Part shown: in pieces, positions 27,606 through 35,988 of the stretch
Layout of the letters: each line of letters begins with the position of its first letter
How positions within the stretch are numbered: position 1 is the stretch's first letter
From: Desulfovibrionaceae bacterium
GTDB lineage: Bacteria; Desulfobacterota; Desulfovibrionia; Desulfovibrionales; Desulfovibrionaceae
NCBI GenBank assembly: GCA_031550525.1
Contig: JAVBON010000026.1
Coordinates: forward strand, 16,704-80,703
Direction: 5' to 3'
DNA length: 64,000 nt
Notes under the pieces: generated by a model
The model's input: the letters and a program-made list of their open reading frames with translations, nothing else
Told to the model about the DNA's origin: nothing
Database searches by the model: none
Translations under genes and position numbers: made by a program

Positions 27606-27621
27606 TGGCACTGTATGGGCT
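27606..27621 (+). promoter_or_regulatory. sigma54-type promoter upstream of the ACP/KASIII operon
   Basis: TGGCAC-tgtat-GGGCT. The -24 box is perfect and the GG-N10-GC spacing is exact. The -12 box is weaker (GGC rather than TGC). It lies about 87 nt upstream of the ATG at 27708. Confidence 0.45.
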
Positions 27622-27707
27622 AAGACCCTGCGAAAACGCCGCGTTTTTTCAAGCCGGGCGGTAATATTTCGGGTTTTATATCCGATTAGTTTTTAAACGG
27701 GAAAATT

Positions 27708-27935
27708 ATGGAAGAAAAAATAGCCGCGATTATGTCGCTTATGCTGGGCAAAAACATTGGCGTTGGCGACAAGGTGGAGATGCAAAGCGAGCCTGCCTGG
27801 GACTCTATGAAGCATATAGAGCTGATAATGACGCTGGAGCAGGAGTTGGGCGTGTCGTTTGAGCCGGAGGACATTCCGCTTTTAAAATCCATGGCCCTTA
27901 TTGTGGATAAAACGCGGAGCCTGGCCGGTGAATAA
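27708..27935 (+). CDS. Acyl carrier protein (ACP 1)
   Basis: 75 aa. The phosphopantetheine-site context is AWDSMKHIELIMTLE. Confidence 0.8.
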   Translation: MEEKIAAIMSLMLGKNIGVGDKVEMQSEPAWDSMKHIELIMTLEQELGVSFEPEDIPLLKSMALIVDKTRSLAGE

Positions 27936-28338
27936 CCTGCGCCTGCACCATATAGGCGTGGCTACCAGAGGCATAGCGCGCGAGCTGCCGGGCTTTGAGG
28001 CGCTGGGCTATAAGCCGGACGGGGACTATTTTACCGACCAAACGCAAAAAATACGCGGGCTGTTTATTTCAGCCCCCGGCCAGCCGGTGCTGGAGCTGCT
28101 TGAAAACCTGCACACTTCAGGCCCGTTGGATTCCTGCCTGGCCAAGGGCATAAAATTTTATCACTTCGCTTATGCAACGGACAATATTGAACGCAGCCGC
28201 GACGAACTTGCGGCAAAACACGGGGCCAAGGTTATAGTGCCGGTCACGGCGGCGGAATATTTTAAAAAAGTGTGCTTTCTGATGCTCCCCAATATGATGA
28301 TGATTGAACTGGTGCAGTTGCAAGCCGCAAGCGCATAA
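27928..28338 (+). CDS. VOC/glyoxalase-fold protein (methylmalonyl-CoA epimerase-like)
   Basis: The GTG start at 27928 has GGAG 8 nt upstream and overlaps the ACP stop by 8 nt. LRLHHIGVATRGI...KFYHFAY...MMIELVQ is typical of the VOC superfamily. Confidence 0.65.
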   Translation: MNNLRLHHIGVATRGIARELPGFEALGYKPDGDYFTDQTQKIRGLFISAPGQPVLELLENLHTSGPLDSCLAKGIKFYHFAYATDNIERSRDELAAKHGAKVIVPVTAAEYFKKVCFLMLPNMMMIELVQLQAASA

Positions 28339-28375
28339 GCGCGATAAAGCCCCATTGCTGAACAGGATAGGCCGC

Positions 28376-29455
28376 ATGGCGCAATTTGTTATAAAAAACA
28401 TCCGTCTGGCCGGGTGCGCGGTTGTTACCGGCGAGCAAACCTTGCGGCTGGACGACTTTCCGGAATATTACAACAATGATCCGGCCCTGCTGGCCCGCAT
28501 GAAAAAAACCATCGGCTTCGGGCAACGCCAGGTGGCCGCGCCCGCCACCACCACCTGCGATTTATGCTCCGCCGCCGCCAAACGTCTTATGCGGGCTTTG
28601 AATATAGAGCCGCAACAGCTTGACGCCGTCATATCCGTAACCCAAACGCCGGATTATTACATGCCAGGCAACGCCCATGCGCTGCACGCCGCCCTTGGCC
28701 TGCCCAAAGACGCGGTGGCGCTGGACGTGGAGCTGGGCTGCTCCGGCTACGTGTACGGGCTGTGGCTTAGCGGCATGATGCTCGCCTCCGGCCTGCGCCG
28801 GGTGCTGCTGGTGGCGGGAGACACTTTAAGCAAAGCCGCTGGTCCGCGCGATAGAAGCGTGGCCCCCCTGTTTGGCGATGCCGGCAGCGCCACTATAGTG
28901 GAATTAAACCCGGAAGCGGCAAACACCTACTTTGTGCTGCGCTCCGATGGCACTGGCCTGAAAAAAATGTACATACCCGCCGGTGGCTACCGCGCGCCGT
29001 CCAACCCACAAACTCAAAAAGCCGTGCCGGATGCCGAAGGCAACCTGCGCAGTCCGGAAGATATTTATATGGACGGCTTCGGCATTTTTGAATTCACCAT
29101 GTCCGAACAGCCGGAGCTTTTGCGGCAGGTGTTGGAGTTTTCCGGCAAAGACGTTGCGGATATCGACTACTTCGTCCTGCACCAGGCCAACAGATATATA
29201 GTGGAAACCATTACCAGAAAAGCCAAGATTCCGCCGGAAAAAGCCCCCTCAGACTGCTTTACGCGCTTCGGCAACCAAAACTCCGCCTCCATACCCGGCG
29301 TGCTCTGCGGCAGTTTGGCTCCGGCTCTGGCCGGGCGCAAGGCGCTGGCGGTGCTGCAAGGCTTTGGGGTGGGCCTTTCTTGGGGGGCCTGCCAGTTGGA
29401 GCTGGATGATATAGTGTGCCTCGAGCCAATAGCTTACCAGGGGGCCGTAAAATGA
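28376..29455 (+). CDS. FabH-like 3-oxoacyl-ACP synthase III (KAS III, copy 1)
   Basis: The start is the ATG at 28376. The Cys-His-Asn contexts are ELGCSGYVYG, FVLHQANRYI and FGNQNSASIP. Confidence 0.85.
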   Translation: MAQFVIKNIRLAGCAVVTGEQTLRLDDFPEYYNNDPALLARMKKTIGFGQRQVAAPATTTCDLCSAAAKRLMRALNIEPQQLDAVISVTQTPDYYMPGNAHALHAALGLPKDAVALDVELGCSGYVYGLWLSGMMLASGLRRVLLVAGDTLSKAAGPRDRSVAPLFGDAGSATIVELNPEAANTYFVLRSDGTGLKKMYIPAGGYRAPSNPQTQKAVPDAEGNLRSPEDIYMDGFGIFEFTMSEQPELLRQVLEFSGKDVADIDYFVLHQANRYIVETITRKAKIPPEKAPSDCFTRFGNQNSASIPGVLCGSLAPALAGRKALAVLQGFGVGLSWGACQLELDDIVCLEPIAYQGAVK

Positions 29456-30594
29456 AGTGCTCTTTCTCGGGTGTGGCCGTGCAAGGCATGGTGGCCGTTG
29501 TGCCGCCTGTCCGCATAAATATTGACGATGAAATCGCCTTTTTTGACAACAACCCCAAAAAGCTGGCGCGCGCCAAAAACATGATTGGCTACGGCGCCCG
29601 CCATGTGGTCGATGCTGGCGTGACTGCCGTGGATTTGTGCGAGCAGGCCGCGTTAAAGCTTATAAAAGGCATGGGCCTTGACCCGCAAAGCATTGACGCG
29701 CTGGTGCTGGTAAACCAAAGCCCGGATCATTTCCACCCTGCCGGGGCCTGCATATTGCAGGGCCGCTTGGGGCTTTCCGCCGAATGCGCGGCTTTTGACG
29801 TTGCCATGGGCTGTTCCGGCTATGTTTACGGCCTCTGGCTGGCCCACTCCCTTATCGCCTCCGGCGCGGCGCAAAAACTGCTGTTGCTGGCTGGCGACAC
29901 CCCCAGCATACATACCGACAGGCGCAACCGGCTGGTAAACCCGCTTTTTGGCGATGCGGGCTCCGCCACCCTGCTCACGCGGGCCGATGACGGGCGCAAG
30001 GCCTTTTTTAATCTCGCCACCGACGGCAGGCGCTGGCACAGCATAGCCATGCCCGCCGGGGGCTTTCGCCTGCGGGCCGATGCGGATATTTTAAGCCGTG
30101 AATACGCCGACGAGGCGGGGAATATCTGGAAGCTGACCGACGGCCTTATTGACGGTATGGCGGTTTTTGACTTCAGCACGCATGAAGTGCCGCAAAATAT
30201 ATCCGGCCTGCTGGCTTACGCAGGGCTGAAGACGGATGACATTGACTTTTTCGCCCTGCATCAGGCCAACAAACAAATTGTGCAGGGCATAGGCTTGTCT
30301 CTGGGCCTTTCTGCCGATAAGATCTTTTGGCGGACCTTTGAAAAATACGGCAACCAGTCCACAGCCTCAGTAGCTGGCGCTTTGTGCGACGCGCTGGAAC
30401 AAAGCATGCCCGGCAGCGACTTGAGGCTGCTCTTAAGCGGCTTTGGGGTCGGCCTCTCATGGGGCAGTGCCGTTATTGAAACAAAGCGGGCCTATAACGG
30501 CGGGGTGCAAATTTTAGAGAGCAGCCCGCAAGCGCAAAGCAGAGTAAACATGGTCGAGTTCTGGCAAAATAAATTTCTGAAAAAGGGAATCTGA
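29452..30594 (+). CDS. FabH-like 3-oxoacyl-ACP synthase III (KAS III, copy 2)
   Basis: The start has an ATGA overlap with copy 1. The triad contexts are AMGCSGYVYG, FALHQANKQI and YGNQSTASVA. Confidence 0.85.
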   Translation: MKCSFSGVAVQGMVAVVPPVRINIDDEIAFFDNNPKKLARAKNMIGYGARHVVDAGVTAVDLCEQAALKLIKGMGLDPQSIDALVLVNQSPDHFHPAGACILQGRLGLSAECAAFDVAMGCSGYVYGLWLAHSLIASGAAQKLLLLAGDTPSIHTDRRNRLVNPLFGDAGSATLLTRADDGRKAFFNLATDGRRWHSIAMPAGGFRLRADADILSREYADEAGNIWKLTDGLIDGMAVFDFSTHEVPQNISGLLAYAGLKTDDIDFFALHQANKQIVQGIGLSLGLSADKIFWRTFEKYGNQSTASVAGALCDALEQSMPGSDLRLLLSGFGVGLSWGSAVIETKRAYNGGVQILESSPQAQSRVNMVEFWQNKFLKKGI

Positions 30595-30818
30595 TGAGCA
30601 TAAATGAATTTTTGGAAGAAATGCTGGATGTTTTGCAGCGTGACGACCCCATAAGCGCTGGCATGGCCCTTGCGGATATTGAAGAATGGGACTCCATGGC
30701 CATAATGGGCACGGCGGCTTTTTTGGACCGCCACTTCAACGTGCGCCTCAGCATGAACGACTTTAAAGGGTTTACCACCGTGGCCGACATAGCCAAAGCC
30801 GCGGGCATAAAAGCATGA
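30594..30818 (+). CDS. Acyl carrier protein (ACP 2)
   Basis: 74 aa with the motif IEEWDSMAIMG. The start overlaps the KASIII stop (TGATG). Confidence 0.8.
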   Translation: MSINEFLEEMLDVLQRDDPISAGMALADIEEWDSMAIMGTAAFLDRHFNVRLSMNDFKGFTTVADIAKAAGIKA

Positions 30819-31558
30819 TCCGCTTCACCCCCGAAGACGTGCTGCTGGTAACCGGCGCATCCTCCGGCTTTGGGGCCGCATCCGCCCTGCTGCTCAACAG
30901 CCTTGGGGCAACGGTTATTGCCGCCGCCCGCGATCAGGAGCGCCTTAAGGCCGTGGCCGCGCAAAGCGCCAACCCGCAAAATTTTCATTGCCATACCAAA
31001 GATCTGGCCCAAGACGCCGACAGCCTTGGCGATTGGGTTAAAGAGCTTAAAAACGCCCACGGCAAACTGCGCGGCCTTTTACACTGCGCCGGAATATGCG
31101 GCATAACGCCGGTGCGCCTGCAAGAAAGCCAAGGCCTGCGCCAGATGTTGGACGTAAACCTGGTGGCGGGCTATCAACTTGGCCGCGCCTTTCTTGACCG
31201 GCGCAACAACATAGGCGCTGGGGCCTCCATGGTTTTCATCGCATCCACCGGCGCTTTCAGCGGCAATGCGGGCATATCGGCCTACGCCGCTTCCAAGGGC
31301 GCGGTTTTTTCCATGTCCAGAGCCATGGCCTGCGAGTTCGCGCCGCAGGGCATTCGCGTAAACTGCATCTCTCCAGCTTTTATACTCACGCCCATGACCG
31401 AAACCCTGCATGAGCATTACCCGGACTGGGCCGATTACCCACTGGGGCCCGGCAGCCCGCAAGACGTGGCCCAAGCCGCCGCCTGGCTGCTTTCCGGCGC
31501 TTCGCGCTGGGTTACGGGCCAAAACATAGTGCTGGACGGCGGGAATAGCCTGAAATGA
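30815..31558 (+). CDS. Short-chain dehydrogenase/reductase (FabG-like ketoreductase)
   Basis: Contains TGASSGFG, SAYAASKGA (YxxxK) and an ATGA overlap with ACP 2. Confidence 0.85.
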   Translation: MIRFTPEDVLLVTGASSGFGAASALLLNSLGATVIAAARDQERLKAVAAQSANPQNFHCHTKDLAQDADSLGDWVKELKNAHGKLRGLLHCAGICGITPVRLQESQGLRQMLDVNLVAGYQLGRAFLDRRNNIGAGASMVFIASTGAFSGNAGISAYAASKGAVFSMSRAMACEFAPQGIRVNCISPAFILTPMTETLHEHYPDWADYPLGPGSPQDVAQAAAWLLSGASRWVTGQNIVLDGGNSLK

Positions 31559-33327
31559 CCCCGCTGTTTCAGGATGCCCCCACACGGGCGGACCTGCTGG
31601 CCCTGCCGCTGCCGGAAAACCTCCGGCACATAACCATTGCGGTGCACCGTAACCATGCCTTTGAGCTGGCCGCTTCGGCCTTAAACCCCTTTCTGGCCCT
31701 TTCCGGCCTGCAAGCCGATTTCTGGTACAGCGATTATGACGACAGCCTGAGCTTCGCCCATATGCCGCCCAAGGCCGATATTCACATTATCTGGGTGGAC
31801 GCGGCCAAATACCGAATGGAAAATTTCGCGGCATGGCTGAGCGGGCGGGCGCAGGCCCTGCGCGAGGCCGGAGTTGCTGAATTGGAGGCCGGCGCGGACA
31901 AATCCGGAATCTACACGGATAATGCCAATATTGCCGAGGGTATCTTCAAGGTTGAGGCGGGTAATGCGTATATTGGCCCAGACCAGTCCAAATCTGTTGC
32001 GCTTAATCCGGCCAATGGCCTGAACAGGCCCAAAACAGGCGCAAATAGAATAATAGTGGCCTGTACCGGCACATCTGGCCTTACGCCAGAACTGCCCGCC
32101 ACTTCAGCTATCACACTCAAACTGCCTGACCAAACCCTGTTTCTGGATGTGGACGCCGCAACCGCGCACTTGGGCGGGCAGGCTTTTTCCGAGCGCCTGC
32201 AAGCGCTGGCAGGCACACGCCTTTCCAACTCCGCGCTACTCTTGGCGGCCCGCGAGCTGGGCTGCCGCTATATCCCCGCCCTGCTCCTCACTCCGCTCAA
32301 AGCGCTGGTGCTGGATTTGGACAACACCCTTTACGACGGCGTGCTGGGCGAAGACGGCATACAGGGCGTAACCCCGCGCCAAGCCGTGCAAAAACGCCTC
32401 AAAGAACTGGCCGGGCAAGGCTTTATGCTGGCTTTGGCCTCTAAAAATGAAGAAGACGACGTTAAAAGGCTGTTTGCCGAGCGCGCTGATTTTGCCCTGC
32501 GTTGGGAGGATTTTTCAGCCGCCCGCATAAACTGGCGGCCCAAGCCTGAAAATATCGCCGAGATTGCGCGGGATTTAAACATAGGGTTGGACGCCATGCT
32601 CTTTGTGGACGACAACCCTGGCGAAGCCCTGCGCGCCGCCGTTGAACTGCCTGAATTGCACGTTGCCGAAGCCCCCTCGGCGGAAGTTGCCTTAAACATC
32701 CTGCGCTTTTACCCCGGCCTGATGAAAACATCCTTTACGGCGGAGGACGCCCTGCGCGGGGCCGACGCGCGGGCCAATGCCGCCCGGCGCGAGCTTGGAG
32801 CAGGCCTAAGCGCTGAGGAGTATGTAGCGGCCCTGCAAATTGAAATGGATTTTGCCGTAAACAAGCTGGAACAACTGCCCCGCGTGACGGAACTGCTGAA
32901 CAAAACCAACCAGTTTATTCTGTCTTTCAAAAGGCCTGACCCCGCCGAAGCTGCAAAATACATGGCGGAGCCAAACCGTTGCGTGGTCACGGCTGCCATG
33001 CGCGACAAGCTTTCGGATAGCGGCATAATCGCCGTGCTGCTGGCCCGCCAAAACGGCGATATGTATGTTGACGAGCTTGCCGTAAGCTGCCGGGCGCTGG
33101 GCCGGGGCGTGGAAAACGGCATGCTCGCCCAAATGTTGCGCCTGGCGGCTGAACATTTGGGGAACAAAGGCAAAATTTTTGTGTGCCATAAAACAGGCCC
33201 GCGCAACAAACCGGCCCTGGATTGGCTGGCAAGCTGCGTGGCCGTGCCGCAGAAAGATAACTTGGCGCTGCTTCCAGCCTTGCCTGCGGCGGAGCTTGCG
33301 GGAGTAAAAACAAGGCTGTTGGGTTAG
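31555..33327 (+). CDS. FkbH-like HAD-IIIC family protein
   Basis: 590 aa with an ATGA overlap with the SDR gene. Contains the HAD motif LVLDLDNTLYDGVLGEDG, ASKNEEDDV and FVDDNP. The C-terminal GNAT-like segment is VDELAVSCRALGRGVE. Confidence 0.8.
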   Translation: MTPLFQDAPTRADLLALPLPENLRHITIAVHRNHAFELAASALNPFLALSGLQADFWYSDYDDSLSFAHMPPKADIHIIWVDAAKYRMENFAAWLSGRAQALREAGVAELEAGADKSGIYTDNANIAEGIFKVEAGNAYIGPDQSKSVALNPANGLNRPKTGANRIIVACTGTSGLTPELPATSAITLKLPDQTLFLDVDAATAHLGGQAFSERLQALAGTRLSNSALLLAARELGCRYIPALLLTPLKALVLDLDNTLYDGVLGEDGIQGVTPRQAVQKRLKELAGQGFMLALASKNEEDDVKRLFAERADFALRWEDFSAARINWRPKPENIAEIARDLNIGLDAMLFVDDNPGEALRAAVELPELHVAEAPSAEVALNILRFYPGLMKTSFTAEDALRGADARANAARRELGAGLSAEEYVAALQIEMDFAVNKLEQLPRVTELLNKTNQFILSFKRPDPAEAAKYMAEPNRCVVTAAMRDKLSDSGIIAVLLARQNGDMYVDELAVSCRALGRGVENGMLAQMLRLAAEHLGNKGKIFVCHKTGPRNKPALDWLASCVAVPQKDNLALLPALPAAELAGVKTRLLG

Positions 33328-33363
33328 ATCTGGTGGAAGAATATGGAAAAGGCGCCGCGTGCC

Positions 33364-33512
33364 AGGTTGTGTCTACATTCAGAGTGATTTTGCGCTCTGG
33401 CAGGGAAGCAAGGCTTTTAACCGAAAGAGTATACTCTTACGGTATTCGACTGAGGGGCAAAGCTTTGCAGACGCAGCCAGAGGGCAAAAGCGTCTGAATG
33501 TCGACACAACCT
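33364..33512 (+). mobile_element. 149-bp MITE-like element with ~20-bp terminal inverted repeats, copy A
   Basis: The ends are AGGTTGTGTCTACATTCAGA ... TCTGAATGTCGACACAACCT and the central palindrome is AAGAGTATACTCTT. It is about 90 percent identical by eye to 48620-48768. Confidence 0.8.
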
Positions 33513-33583
33513 GAGGCAGATTTATAAAATCTTGGCTGCGCCCAACCCCGCAATATGGCGGTAAACCGCCTTGACCTTGCAAC
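33513..33583 (-). repeat. Short-form intergenic repeat, reverse orientation, diverged copy abutting the MITE
   Basis: GAGGCAGATTTATAAAATCTTGGCTGCGCCCAACCCCGCAA...CCTTGACCTTGCAAC matches the reverse complement of the 71-bp family. Confidence 0.6.
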
Positions 33584-33628
33584 TGTCATAATCCGCGCTG
33601 CCTTGATTACACGGGTAAAGGATTTGCC

Positions 33629-34285
33629 ATGAGCGATAATACAACCAAATCAATAGTCATAGTCGGCAACTCCGGCTTTGCCCGCGAGTGCTACGCCATG
33701 CTGCGCGCCGTTATGCGGCGCGAGCCCGCGTTATCCGTAAAAGGTTTTTTAAGCTTTGAAGGTTACAAAGGCGACCTGAAAGAGCTTTCCGGCCTGCTGC
33801 TGGGCACTGACGACGAATACGCCCACCAGCCAGGCGAGTATGCCGTTATTGGCATAGGCGACCCGCACCTGCGCCGCAAGGCCTACCTTAAGCTAAGAGC
33901 CAGGGGCGTGCCCTTTTTCACCCTTATCCACCCCAACGCTTATGTGGATGAGGCCACCAGCGTGGGCGAAGGCTGCATTTTCGGCAGCAAGTGCTACATT
34001 AACTGCAACTGCGCCATCGGCCCCGGCAACCTCTTTAACGGGCTGGTACACATGGGCCACGACTGCACGGTGGGCGAGTGCAACTTTTTCGGCCCCAACG
34101 TGCAGATTTTGGGCGGAGTAAACATGGGCGGCTGCAACTCCGTTGGCGCTACCAGCGTTATTATGCCCGCCGCCCGCATTGGCAGCGGCAATATAATAGC
34201 CCCCTTGAGCGCCGTATACAAAGGCTGCCGCGACAACACCTATATGTCAGGCAACCCGGCGGTGAAAGTGGGAACGCGGGAATAG
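33629..34285 (+). CDS. NeuD/PglD-family left-handed beta-helix sugar N/O-acyltransferase
   Basis: The N-terminal Rossmann-like segment is IVIVGNSGFARECYAML. Hexapeptide repeats follow (VGEGCIFG, IGPGNLFNG, VGECNFFG, IGSGNII). Confidence 0.8.
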   Translation: MSDNTTKSIVIVGNSGFARECYAMLRAVMRREPALSVKGFLSFEGYKGDLKELSGLLLGTDDEYAHQPGEYAVIGIGDPHLRRKAYLKLRARGVPFFTLIHPNAYVDEATSVGEGCIFGSKCYINCNCAIGPGNLFNGLVHMGHDCTVGECNFFGPNVQILGGVNMGGCNSVGATSVIMPAARIGSGNIIAPLSAVYKGCRDNTYMSGNPAVKVGTRE

Positions 34286-34332
34286 GCACAGCCAATTTCC
34301 TCCCAAAATCAGGGCCAGCATATTAGCAGCGC

Positions 34333-35955
34333 TTATTCAAGCACGGCCCATACCGGCGCGCCCAGCGCAACATGGGCGTATTTATGCTCGAGATTTTTGA
34401 CCAGCGACGGCAAATAGCATTTTCTGGTGAAGACTATTACCGGTTTTGCGTCATCCGCAGTTAGGTCTTTGGGGTGGATAACCGGAATACCCTCCACTTG
34501 CGCGGGGTAGCCGGGCATATCTATTAAAAAGGCCACAGGTTTGGCGGCGGCGAACAGCCCCGCGAATTTTTTGTAAGAAGCGCCACAGCCCCAGAAGTAT
34601 ACTTCCTTTCCGGCCAGAGCGGCGGCTTTTTCCCGCAGGATTCGCCGATGATGCTCGCCGTAAAGCTCCCAAAACAATTCGTACAGCCTCAGGGAAAGTT
34701 TCAAACCTGACGCGGCGGCGAGAAAGGCTTCAAAATCCGCCTCCGGCAAGAGCGGCCTCAGGTAAAGCAGCATGCTGCGCTTATACAGCTCCTGCCCCTG
34801 GGCGTTATCTTCAAGCACAAAGGGGTATTGGTCCTTGAGCGGGTCAAAGGCCATGCCCTGGTACAAAAAATGACGCGGCGCCGGCAGCAGATGCGGCTCG
34901 CCGGCAAGGGGCAGAGCCGCCGCCGATCTCAAGGCCGCCTTGAAATCATCGTCACTGTCAACCTTGAATACATAGGGGTCGCCGTCAGCGAAGCTCAAGG
35001 GCACGTCTATGCCTTTTAGGTGCGACAAGGCGGCGTCATCTTCCACCAAATCCTCGCGGTAGTTGGATGGATACCAGCGCTCGGCAAAGGTCTCTATCTC
35101 AGCCGTGCTAAAACGCTTGTCCAGCACGGTTATATCCGTATCCATATTGCGCAGTTTCTTGTCTTTAAAAAGTTTCAGCAGGCCGGTGCTGAAAAGCTCG
35201 CTGGTATCGCCAAGGCGCTGGCGTTGCATGGGCAGGCACATGCCGCAGTGCGCGCACAGCTTTGACGCCTGCGCCTGAAACTCGTGCGGGGCGCGCCGCC
35301 ACCAGCCGGGCTCCACGGGCCATGCGTTGGCTCCGTCATGCAGGAGGCGGTCAATGGCCGCGCCCACCTCGCAAAAATATGCGCCGTTTATGTTTACGGT
35401 AGGGCTCCAGATGCGCTGCACCCAGCAGTTGTTTATGAGCTTCCATTTAAGGGCCTCATCCTGCACGGCGTCGCCCACGGCCAGGGTAAGCGGGTGGTGG
35501 CTGCACACCTCCTGCTGCGCCGCATCATGCGCGTTGTAGCGGATGGTGCGGTAAGTTCTGGTCATGTCGCAATCGCCCTCCGGCCACTCGCTCCAGGCAT
35601 ATTCCGGCACCCAGCTATATTTGGAATCCACCGCTGGTTTTGAGGCGATGGCGCGTTTTTTCATGCCCGGCAGGCCAGAGGTGAAAATATTCAGCTTTTC
35701 CTGCGGCAGGTGCCTGCGCAAAAGAGCGTTAACCTCGGCGAATTGCGGATGCATAAGAGGCTCGCCGCCTATTATGCTGACCATGGAGGGCCAGTCTTTA
35801 TACGCAATAATGGCGGCTTCTATTTTATCAAGGGGCATGTGCCTGCGCTGGTCCGTACGCAAATGCCGCGTATAGCGCGTGCAGTATATGCAGGTATTGG
35901 GGCATACCGACGTAATGTCGATGAGCGCGCTCCACGTTTTATGCATGTAATCCAT
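34333..35955 (-). CDS. Radical SAM enzyme with an extra Cys cluster and a ~200-aa C-terminal extension
   Basis: The radical SAM cluster is CPNTCIYC at residues 18-25, followed by IIGGEPLMH. A later CAHCGMC suggests an auxiliary cluster. I cannot assign the C-terminal domain (KEVYFWGCGASYKKF...). Confidence 0.75.
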   Translation of the reverse strand: MDYMHKTWSALIDITSVCPNTCIYCTRYTRHLRTDQRRHMPLDKIEAAIIAYKDWPSMVSIIGGEPLMHPQFAEVNALLRRHLPQEKLNIFTSGLPGMKKRAIASKPAVDSKYSWVPEYAWSEWPEGDCDMTRTYRTIRYNAHDAAQQEVCSHHPLTLAVGDAVQDEALKWKLINNCWVQRIWSPTVNINGAYFCEVGAAIDRLLHDGANAWPVEPGWWRRAPHEFQAQASKLCAHCGMCLPMQRQRLGDTSELFSTGLLKLFKDKKLRNMDTDITVLDKRFSTAEIETFAERWYPSNYREDLVEDDAALSHLKGIDVPLSFADGDPYVFKVDSDDDFKAALRSAAALPLAGEPHLLPAPRHFLYQGMAFDPLKDQYPFVLEDNAQGQELYKRSMLLYLRPLLPEADFEAFLAAASGLKLSLRLYELFWELYGEHHRRILREKAAALAGKEVYFWGCGASYKKFAGLFAAAKPVAFLIDMPGYPAQVEGIPVIHPKDLTADDAKPVIVFTRKCYLPSLVKNLEHKYAHVALGAPVWAVLE

Positions 35956-35988
35956 ATTACTCTCCAGCCAGACAGCGCCGCTGCAAAA

